In this document: piece by piece, positions 19,125-27,201 of the stretch
Numbering within the stretch: the stretch's first letter is position 1
Layout of the letters: each line of letters starts with the position of its first letter
The notes under the pieces: generated by a model
Database searches by the model: none
Seen by the model: the letters and a program-made list of their open reading frames with translations, nothing else
What the model was told of the DNA's origin: nothing
DNA from: Candidatus Bathyarchaeia archaeon
Lineage (GTDB): Archaea > Thermoproteota > Bathyarchaeia > Bathyarchaeales > Bathycorpusculaceae
DNA length: 64,000 bases
Direction: 5' to 3'
Assembly (NCBI GenBank): GCA_038883775.1
Contig: JAVZLM010000001.1
Span: forward strand, 64,001 to 128,000
Program-made: the position numbers and the translations under genes

Positions 19125-21201
19125 GTCTTTTCCTCCTCTCCTCTTTTAATGGACATTGCGGGTTAAAGCAAAGCGTCCAAGGTCTCCTTCCCTTCATTCG
19201 AACTTGAACTATGGGCCAGCCGCATCCCCGACAGTTTTTGCCGAGGGGTCTTATTGTGCCCCTCTGTGGCAGCGGGAATGATGCTTTGCATAATCCTTTG
19301 AAATAGTTTGTGCAGCCGACAAAACGCTTGCCTGTTCTTCGCGAATATAGTGTCATGAGTTTTCCTGTGTTGCAGATTGGGCATATGCCTATGGTTCTTT
19401 CTTCAATTCTTGCTCTTTTTATGGCGTTGCTTAGTTGTTCGCCTATTTCTTCTTCTTTCTCCTTCAACTCTTCTACTACTGGTTTGAGAATTTCAACAGC
19501 ATCTATGAGAACTTCTTCCCTTTTCTCATTGTTCACCTGAATCCTATTCATTTTTTCCTCCAGTTCTCTTGTCAACTTTATTGAAACCACTGTTGGGCAA
19601 TGTTTCTCCAAAACCTCCAGAACTTCGAAACCCAAATCTGTTACAACCATTCTTTCGTCTCGGACATACTTTCTATCATAAAGTGTCTGGATAATATCCG
19701 CCCTTGTCGCTTTCGTCCCAATTTCGGCTTCTTCCATTCTTTTTAGGAGACTGCTTGGGTTATATCTGGGAGGTGGTTTTGTGAATTTGCCTTCTAAAAT
19801 GACTTTTTTGATGTTTATTGTTTGTCCCTCTTTTATTTGGGGTAGAATGACTTCCTCTGACCTTATGTAGGGTTCATAAAAGCGCAGCCAACCTTCTTTG
19901 AGGGTTTGTCTTCCCCTGAGGTAAAATCGATTTCCATTCACGTTTATGTAAACTTTCATGCTTTGTCTTATGGCTGGTTCGTCAAAGACTGCCATAAACC
20001 TGCGGATGACAAGGTCCCAAATGTTTCTTTCCGAAGCGTCTAAAGTTCTTTCAGGCAAGTTTCCTGTTGGATAAATGGCTGGGTGAGCGGGATCTTCTTT
20101 CTTTCCTTCTTTTGGTTTTAACTCCTTTTTTGCTAAGAGTTCAGCTGTAAGTTTTTTGTATTCTGAAACTCTGTTTAAGTTTCTTAAAATTGCCTCATAA
20201 TTTATTGAGGGTGGAAGTTTTTGGCTGCTCGTTCTCGGATAAGAAATTAGGGCGTCCAAATATAATCGTTGAGCAATGTTTGAGGTTCTCATTGGGGTAT
20301 ACCCGAAAAGGCTGTAGGCTTCGCTTTGTAAAGCGCCTAAGTCAAAAGGCGTTGGTGGCATCTGCTGGAACTTTTTGTAGTCTATTTTTTCTATTATGCC
20401 ATCTTTTCCTTTGCAAGCGTCATGTATGGCATTTGCCTCTTTTTTGGTTTCGATAATCTTCTTTTCATATTCAGCTTCAAAAACTGAACCGTCTATTTCA
20501 ACTTCTGCCTTTATGCTCCAATATGGAGTTGGCACGAAACATCTTATGGCTTTTTCGCGGGCCACAAGAAATCTGAGGGTTGGACCTTGCACTCTTCCTG
20601 TGCTTAATGTGGCGTATTTTCCACTCCAATCCTTCGCTGCTATTGTTAAAGCCCTTGTGAGGTTAACACCATACAACCAGTCAACTTCATGTCTTGTGCG
20701 TCCAGCCTCTATTAATGCGAAGTCTAAGCGTGGCAGCAGTTCATTGTAGGATTTTTCCAGTTCTTCTTTTGTTAGTGTTGAATACTTCATGCGTTTTGAT
20801 ATAGCTTCTTTGTTTCCGCAAGCGTATTTTAGTATGCTGTATCCTATTATGCTCCCTTCAATGTCATAATCGCATGCGTCAATAAACGCATCGGCATCTT
20901 TTGCCAATTTTGATATGGTTTCCAGCCATGTTCTGATTTGTTTTGCACCCCTTTCAACAGCGTATCTTGGCACCCATCTGAAATTGAAGATTGGATAGTG
21001 ATTTCTTCCGCCGCTTTCTTCTGCCACCGTGTATAAGTGTCCTATGGCTGGAACAACGATTATCTCTTTATCCCTTTTAGCCACGTAATAGGGTACCCCA
21101 TTATCCTCCATTTTTTTGGCTTTTCCTTGAATGTCAAGAGCTGAGGCTATTCTTTGAGCCGCATCGGGTTTCTCGGTTATAATTAATGTGTAGCTTCCCA
21201 T
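19102..21201 (-). CDS. topA: Type IA DNA topoisomerase (archaeal topo I/III) with C-terminal Zn ribbons
   Basis: TOPRIM IITEKP, ACDYDIEG, STGRVQGPTL, active-site ISYPRT, IGTKATR. Confidence 0.96.
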   Translation of the reverse strand: MGSYTLIITEKPDAAQRIASALDIQGKAKKMEDNGVPYYVAKRDKEIIVVPAIGHLYTVAEESGGRNHYPIFNFRWVPRYAVERGAKQIRTWLETISKLAKDADAFIDACDYDIEGSIIGYSILKYACGNKEAISKRMKYSTLTKEELEKSYNELLPRLDFALIEAGRTRHEVDWLYGVNLTRALTIAAKDWSGKYATLSTGRVQGPTLRFLVAREKAIRCFVPTPYWSIKAEVEIDGSVFEAEYEKKIIETKKEANAIHDACKGKDGIIEKIDYKKFQQMPPTPFDLGALQSEAYSLFGYTPMRTSNIAQRLYLDALISYPRTSSQKLPPSINYEAILRNLNRVSEYKKLTAELLAKKELKPKEGKKEDPAHPAIYPTGNLPERTLDASERNIWDLVIRRFMAVFDEPAIRQSMKVYINVNGNRFYLRGRQTLKEGWLRFYEPYIRSEEVILPQIKEGQTINIKKVILEGKFTKPPPRYNPSSLLKRMEEAEIGTKATRADIIQTLYDRKYVRDERMVVTDLGFEVLEVLEKHCPTVVSIKLTRELEEKMNRIQVNNEKREEVLIDAVEILKPVVEELKEKEEEIGEQLSNAIKRARIEERTIGICPICNTGKLMTLYSRRTGKRFVGCTNYFKGLCKASFPLPQRGTIRPLGKNCRGCGWPIVQVRMKGRRPWTLCFNPQCPLKEERRKRLEVRSMQ

Positions 21202-21312
21202 TTTGGCACAAACCATTTGAGGTCTTGGAAATGCTTTCAGAATTAACTTTATTCTAAGATTAAAAGTTTCTGTGAAATTTAATCAGCAACCAATAAATAT
21301 GCCAGAAACTTA

Positions 21313-21507
21313 TTGCTTTATTATCCTTTGGAGCGTATTAACTTGCCCCAACGCGTTATCTGTCAAGGATGCGGTCATATATTATATGAAGGCGCCGAGC
21401 TTAAACCTCCAGATGAAATTTTGCATCAGTATGGTGGAAAATGTCCAAAATGTGGCAAGAAACTTTCTCTCATACCCATAAACGTTGAAGTAAAACCAAT
21501 AAAATAG
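21313..21507 (+). CDS. Small Zn-ribbon protein
   Basis: CQGCG...KCPKCGKKL; true start may be the downstream TTG. Confidence 0.7.
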   Translation: MLYYPLERINLPQRVICQGCGHILYEGAELKPPDEILHQYGGKCPKCGKKLSLIPINVEVKPIK

Positions 21508-21525
21508 GTTGTTAAGGCGATTTTT

Positions 21526-22671
21526 ATGGATGAAAACCGCAAAACCCAACTTTACGAAATACACAAAAAAACTGCTAAACTGACAGTTTTTGCCGGTTTT
21601 GAAATGCCCCTCTGGTATAAAGGCATAATACAGGAGCATTTGGCTGTCCGCAACAGCGTCGGCGTTTTCGACGTCTCTCATATGGGAAGAATAATGATAA
21701 CGGGCGCTGATGCAGAAAGATTCCTAAACTACGTGATAACAAACGATGTTTCTAAGCTAATGCCTAATAGCGCCCAATACTCAGTAATGTGCAATGAAGA
21801 AGGGGGCATAATAGACGATTTTGTATATTATCGATTGGAAAAAGACAATTTCATGTTTGTCGCTAACGCAGCCAACAGAGAAAAAGACTATAATTGGCTG
21901 ATTAAAAATGCTAAAGGCTTTAATGTTCACATTGAAGAAGTTTCAGACAATGTTGCGATGCTGGCGGTTCAGGGTCCGAACGCTGAAAAAACCCTGCAGA
22001 AAATTTCTCCGGATGATTTAAGCAAGATTGAACGCTTCAAATGCTCCCCTTCGCGCTTAGCAAATGTTGACGTTCTCCTCTCAAGAACAGGATACACAGG
22101 CGAGGATGGATTTGAAGTTTTTATTTGGAACACTCCATTATCTCAGCCAAACAATGCAGTAAAAGTTTGGAATGCCATCCTCGACGCTGGTAAACCCTTC
22201 GGAATTGAACCATGCGGTTTAGGGGCAAGAGATACTTTAAGGCTTGAGGCTGGAATGTGTCTTTATGGAAATGACATTGATGAGAAAACAACTCCTTTGG
22301 AGGCAGCTCTTGGCTTTGTGGTGAAACTTCAAAAGGATAACTTCATGGGAAAAAATGCCTTGTTAAGACAAAAAAGTGAGGGGGTCAAACGAAAGCGTGT
22401 AGGAATCCGCATGGTAGAGCAGGGAATACCTCGACCAAACTTTGAAGTTTACAACAGCGGTAACGATGAAAAAATAGGGTACATAACAAGTGGAACATTT
22501 TCCCCCCTGCTCCAATGCGGCATAGCAATGGCATACATTCAAACATTTCAAGCCCAAGAAGGAAATATCATAAATGTTAAGATTCGAGACAAACTTGTCA
22601 AGGCAAAAATTGTTTCCTTTCCATTTTATGACCCTGAAAAATATGGTTACAAACGAAAAACCACAACATAA
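21526..22671 (+). CDS. gcvT: Glycine cleavage system aminomethyltransferase T
   Basis: FAGFEMPLWY, EHLAVR..VGVFDVSHMG, SRTGYTGEDGFE, GLGARDTLRLEAG. Confidence 0.96.
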   Translation: MDENRKTQLYEIHKKTAKLTVFAGFEMPLWYKGIIQEHLAVRNSVGVFDVSHMGRIMITGADAERFLNYVITNDVSKLMPNSAQYSVMCNEEGGIIDDFVYYRLEKDNFMFVANAANREKDYNWLIKNAKGFNVHIEEVSDNVAMLAVQGPNAEKTLQKISPDDLSKIERFKCSPSRLANVDVLLSRTGYTGEDGFEVFIWNTPLSQPNNAVKVWNAILDAGKPFGIEPCGLGARDTLRLEAGMCLYGNDIDEKTTPLEAALGFVVKLQKDNFMGKNALLRQKSEGVKRKRVGIRMVEQGIPRPNFEVYNSGNDEKIGYITSGTFSPLLQCGIAMAYIQTFQAQEGNIINVKIRDKLVKAKIVSFPFYDPEKYGYKRKTTT

Positions 22672-22781
22672 ACCTCAAGCTTTTAGAAAGACATATAAGA
22701 TTGGCTTACACCATCCTAAACTTTGTTAACCGCAAGGGAAATAAAACACTTCAATAATTGTGTAGAAGAGATGAACTCCAA

Positions 22782-25022
22782 ATGGGGATCAGAGATAAAC
22801 TATCAAAGGAAAATCTTGTTAACAGTTTGAAAAGTTTAGGAAAATTGCGGGTCAAAATAAGTCACGGTTCAATAATGACTTTTTCAGCCTTACTGCTCAT
22901 ACTTTTCATAGCTTTTACCATACGCCTGTTTCCAATGCGCTGGGAAATACAAACGGGAACGATGCATCTTTCAGAGTTTGACCCATACTTCCAGTATCGC
23001 TTCACAGAATACCTGGTAAACAACGGCTTCATCTCCTGGGCTTGGCCGAATCATTGGAATGATACGCAAAGATGGTACCCAAAGGGGATTGATGTTGCAG
23101 CTTTAGGGTTCACAGGGTTACCTATGACAACAGCCATCTTGTATAAGATAGTTTCAGCCTTAGGCGTAAGTATTGATTTGATGAGTTTCTGCGCTTTTAT
23201 GCCGCCCCTAATGGGTATGCTAGCCTCTTTAGCCATCTATTTTTTGGGTAAGGATGTCGGCGGAAAAGTTATGGGGCTATTTGCAGCTCTTTTCTTAGCT
23301 TTAAGTCCTTCTTATATTCAGCGGACATCGCTTGGATTTTTTGATGATGAAATAATTGGAATATTGGCTCTCATTGTTTTTGTATTCATGTTTTTAAGGG
23401 GAATCGAAGAGGATAGACCAGCAAGCTCATCCATTATGTACTCGATTGGCTCAGGATTAGCTTTGGGATATTTCTGTACTGGGTGGGGTGCTGCTTATTA
23501 TCCTCTCGATCTGACAGCGCTCTTCGTGTTTGTTTTGATTTTAATTAGGAGATACACCTCTCGTTTGCTTTGGTCCTTCAGCATAACATTTGGATTGGGA
23601 TTGTTTTTTGCGATAAGTATTCCTAGGCTTACGCCAACATATCTGACTCAAACAGCTATTTTGCCAGTGGCAGGAGTTTTCGCAATTCTTTGCTTCGTTG
23701 AAGTTTTTCGCACTTTAAAATCAGCACGATCAAAAGTTATTTTCTTTATAGCTATCGCAGCAGCTTTTATTGGTGGTTTTGGTCTGCTTTGGCAATACCA
23801 GCGGGGTATAGCGGGAAAGTTTATCTCTGTTATTAATCCATTTACGCGGGAGGCTTCTCCGCTTATAGAGTCTGTGGCTGAACATAGAATTTCAGCTTGG
23901 GGTTCAATATATTATGAATTCGGCATAGGGATAATATTTTTCATTTTGGGTCTGTATTTTATTTTGAGAAACCTTAACAACAAAAACCTATTTCTCTTAA
24001 TTTTTGGTTTAACCTCTCTTTACTTTGCCTGCTCTATGGTGCGATTGTTTGTGCTTATGGCTCCAGCATATAGTCTTGTGGCAGCAACAGGTGTTGTTGG
24101 GATATTGAAGCCATTTAACACTTTATTAAAAGAACCGCCGAAGATTAGCATTAAAAAACACGGTTTAGAGCATGTTGGAAAAGAATTCAGTGGAACAGCC
24201 ATATTTCTAATATTCATTGTGTTAATGACCAACTTTTCATTTCCATCGCCGAGAGTGTACAAGCAATCTTATTCTCCAGTTACCATAACTGCAGGAAGCC
24301 TTCCAATAGCGCCCAATAAGCCAGTGAACGAGTGGCTGGATATGTTAGCGTGGGTTAGAACAAACCTTGAGGCTACAGATGTTGTGGTTAGCTGGTGGGA
24401 TTATGGGTATTGGCTTACGGTGTTAGGCAATGTGACTTCGCTTGCAGACAACGCCACAATAGACACTAGACAGATTGAAAATATAGGCTTTGTATTTATG
24501 GCTAATGAGACACAAGCATTAAAAATGTTAGAGTTATATGATCCAAAACGCACAAAGTACATACTTGTTTTCACAACACTTCTTTTAGGACAGACTGAGG
24601 GACAGAATTATGCTTATTGGGCTGGTTATGGCGATGAGGGAAAATGGATGTGGATGGCAAGAATTTCAGGGAAAGCACGAGATCGCTTTATCGATAAAGG
24701 GTTCATCGACGCAGGAGAAGCTTGGACTGACGAAACAACCTTTGGATACTATAACAGTACTCAGAATAGGTGGATATGGAATGATCGTGGAACAAACTCA
24801 ACAATTTATAAGTTGATGAGTTGGGCAAAGCATCGTTGGTGCGAAACTAATGGTGTGACCGAAATCTCACAAGAAGCACCAGTGCAGCCGCAATATTTCA
24901 AGGAGGTTTTCTTTGCTGGATTATCCCTCTCTGTGAGCGATGCCAGAAACAAATATGGTGGCTTTGTTCCGCTTGTATGTCTCTATGAAATTGATTGGCA
25001 AAAATATTACTCTAGTCAATAA
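22782..25022 (+). CDS. aglB: Oligosaccharyltransferase AglB/STT3
   Basis: EFDPYFQYR, GFFDDE, SVAEH, SWWDYGYW, ADNAT, DEGKWMWMARI; multi-TM. Confidence 0.96.
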   Translation: MGIRDKLSKENLVNSLKSLGKLRVKISHGSIMTFSALLLILFIAFTIRLFPMRWEIQTGTMHLSEFDPYFQYRFTEYLVNNGFISWAWPNHWNDTQRWYPKGIDVAALGFTGLPMTTAILYKIVSALGVSIDLMSFCAFMPPLMGMLASLAIYFLGKDVGGKVMGLFAALFLALSPSYIQRTSLGFFDDEIIGILALIVFVFMFLRGIEEDRPASSSIMYSIGSGLALGYFCTGWGAAYYPLDLTALFVFVLILIRRYTSRLLWSFSITFGLGLFFAISIPRLTPTYLTQTAILPVAGVFAILCFVEVFRTLKSARSKVIFFIAIAAAFIGGFGLLWQYQRGIAGKFISVINPFTREASPLIESVAEHRISAWGSIYYEFGIGIIFFILGLYFILRNLNNKNLFLLIFGLTSLYFACSMVRLFVLMAPAYSLVAATGVVGILKPFNTLLKEPPKISIKKHGLEHVGKEFSGTAIFLIFIVLMTNFSFPSPRVYKQSYSPVTITAGSLPIAPNKPVNEWLDMLAWVRTNLEATDVVVSWWDYGYWLTVLGNVTSLADNATIDTRQIENIGFVFMANETQALKMLELYDPKRTKYILVFTTLLLGQTEGQNYAYWAGYGDEGKWMWMARISGKARDRFIDKGFIDAGEAWTDETTFGYYNSTQNRWIWNDRGTNSTIYKLMSWAKHRWCETNGVTEISQEAPVQPQYFKEVFFAGLSLSVSDARNKYGGFVPLVCLYEIDWQKYYSSQ

Positions 25023-25035
25023 AGGAAGCGATAGT

Positions 25036-25905
25036 TTGTTTCCAAAAGTTCCAGACTACCACAAACCAAACAGGCCTTTAGTTCCAAACGGTTTAGGCGT
25101 AATCTACGTTTTAGCCAGCGTAGCCTACCTATTTGCCTTATACTATTTTAATGAACCTCCAGCATCTAACAACGTTTCTTCAGCATTGACATTGGCTGTT
25201 TGCATTTTATTTGGAGGTTTTATGGGCTTGCTTGATGACTGGATGGATTTACGGTGGCGTTATAAAGCTTTCTTACCTCTCATAGCTTCTATACCGCTTG
25301 TTTCGTTAGCAACACGCCTTGGGCTGCGGACATCCATAACCATTCCAATTTTTGGGCCAGTAAATTTTGGACTTTCATATTATTTTATAATCATTCCACT
25401 AATCGTAACTATAACCACCAACACTGTGAATCAACTTGGCGGACTGAACGGTTTAGAAACAATTCCGCCGGCCATCATTCTAATGATTTTGATGAGTATT
25501 TCAGGGGCGCATGCTGTCCTCTTGTATGTTCCCTTAATAGTTTGGCTTTTGCTATGCTTTTTTAATTTTCAAGGTAAGATCTTTGTTGGAAACATCGGGT
25601 CTTTTGCTGTTGGAATAACATTGGCAGCCTTTGCCATAATCTCTGATTTGAAGTCTGTTTTGCTCATTTCCATTTTACCTTACATTTTTAATTCTTCACT
25701 GATTTTATTGAATTACTTCCTCTTTAGAACTAGGGCGCGGGTCTCCTTTGATGGGGAGAAGCTTTTTTCTGATAATCGGCGAAGCCTTATTACCCTAATT
25801 ACTTATAAGCGACGCTTGACAGAACGGCAAGTGGTTGTGGCAATCTCCCTTTTATTTGTAGCTTCTACTCTGGCTGCTTTGCTGTTTCATTGGCTTTTCT
25901 CGTAG
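25036..25905 (+). CDS. Polyprenyl-phosphate GlcNAc-1-phosphate transferase (AglH/Alg7/MraY superfamily)
   Basis: DYHKP..PLVP, GLLDDW, NTVNQLGGLNGLE, KIFVGNIGS; likely TTG start 25036. Confidence 0.85.
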   Translation: MFPKVPDYHKPNRPLVPNGLGVIYVLASVAYLFALYYFNEPPASNNVSSALTLAVCILFGGFMGLLDDWMDLRWRYKAFLPLIASIPLVSLATRLGLRTSITIPIFGPVNFGLSYYFIIIPLIVTITTNTVNQLGGLNGLETIPPAIILMILMSISGAHAVLLYVPLIVWLLLCFFNFQGKIFVGNIGSFAVGITLAAFAIISDLKSVLLISILPYIFNSSLILLNYFLFRTRARVSFDGEKLFSDNRRSLITLITYKRRLTERQVVVAISLLFVASTLAALLFHWLFS

Positions 25906-26034
25906 CGACTGTGTTGTGTGTATGTTTTGTGACACACAAAAGGCAAAAATCAGTTTTCTGTGAGGCTTACTACGGAGGGTTAGAGAAGCAACTGACTATA
26001 CATTTAATGTGGGGAATCAATTATTTGTCCAACG

Positions 26035-26508
26035 TTGTATGTTCCTAATGCTTCGGTTAAGGTAGAAATAACCAGCCTTGCTGGCGTTCGTTTAGACGTT
26101 AAAAGCATAGCTGAAAGTGTAAATTTTGATGTTAAGGCGAAATTGGAAGAGAAGGAACGCAAAAGCCAAATGGTCATTGTAGATTTCAAACTGTTTTTAA
26201 CAACAAAACCAAGCCTTGTAAAATTTGAAATTGAAGGCATGGCAACCTTAAGCGGAAAGGATGCTGAAATAAACAAAATGTTGGAGGTTGACTCAGAAAC
26301 CAAAGTTCCTTATGTCTTTCAAAGAATTTACCAAACAGCTTTTACAGCCATGTACCTCCTATCCACAATCTTAAATGTGCCACCACCACCTCATGATTTG
26401 CTCTTTTCCCATAAAGAAGGCATTCCAGTCGAAGACGTAACAGTCAAAATAGCCCCAGAAGCTACGGAATCTGTGGAAGTTCAAACTGGAACTGAACAAA
26501 GGGAGTAA
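26035..26508 (+). CDS. Hypothetical protein, SecB-like fold suspected
   Basis: Four alternating beta strands, KFEIEG, then helix and LNVPPPP; acidic tail. Confidence 0.6.
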   Translation: MYVPNASVKVEITSLAGVRLDVKSIAESVNFDVKAKLEEKERKSQMVIVDFKLFLTTKPSLVKFEIEGMATLSGKDAEINKMLEVDSETKVPYVFQRIYQTAFTAMYLLSTILNVPPPPHDLLFSHKEGIPVEDVTVKIAPEATESVEVQTGTEQRE

Positions 26509-26573
26509 TATGGTTCCTTTTTTAATTTGTGTGCTTCAGAAAAATTAATAATTTTAAAAGTTATGGATAAAGT

Positions 26574-26635
26574 GTGGCGGGTGAGTGGGCCTCCACCCGT
26601 TCCGCCATAAAAACCCCGGTGTAGGAGGTGAAAAA
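26574..26635 (+). promoter_or_regulatory. Structured 5' leader / candidate riboswitch upstream of queT
   Basis: Stem TGGCGG(26575-80)/CCGCCA(26602-07), A-rich linker, anti-SD CCTCC(26590-94) complementary to SD GGAGG(26624-28). Confidence 0.5.
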
Positions 26636-27196
26636 TTGAAATTTGACGCTAGAGACATAGCTTTAACAGCAGTTTTTGCAGCTTTATATGCTGTTCTTGT
26701 GGCGATTCAAGGGTTGAGTGCTGCAGCTAGCATCCAACTTCGTTTCGCTGATTGTCTTATTCCATTATCCGCTCTTTTCGGGTGGCCTGCTATTGTAGGG
26801 GTAAGTTTGGGATGTAGTGTTGGCAATGCCGCAACTTCCGCTGCTCTTCCAAACGGTATTTATGATGTCGCTTTTGGACCTATAGCTAATTTGATTGCTG
26901 GTTCTTTGATTTATGTGCTGAGAAATAGACGGCTAGTAGGCTGTGTGATGGGGTCAATGGTTATCGGCGTTTTCGTTGGCAGTTACATTTGGATGATATT
27001 TGGGGCTCCGTCAAACTTTTTTGGCATCGAGTTTCCAGCAGCTTGGCCTATCTGGGTAACAAGTATAGTGAGTATCACTGCAAGCAGTTTAGTGGCAATA
27101 GCAATAATTGGATATGCCCTACTAACAGCCTTAAGCAAACCAAACATCATAGAAGCATTGAAATCAAAGGGACTAAAAGTTGCTGCAGAAAAGTAA
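26636..27196 (+). CDS. queT: QueT-family transporter (ECF S-component)
   Basis: IALTAVFAALY, IQLRFADCL..L, AIVGVSLGC..GN, DVAFG; TTG start 26636 after GGAGGTGA. Confidence 0.85.
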   Translation: MKFDARDIALTAVFAALYAVLVAIQGLSAAASIQLRFADCLIPLSALFGWPAIVGVSLGCSVGNAATSAALPNGIYDVAFGPIANLIAGSLIYVLRNRRLVGCVMGSMVIGVFVGSYIWMIFGAPSNFFGIEFPAAWPIWVTSIVSITASSLVAIAIIGYALLTALSKPNIIEALKSKGLKVAAEK

Positions 27197-27201
27197 GAGA
27201 A

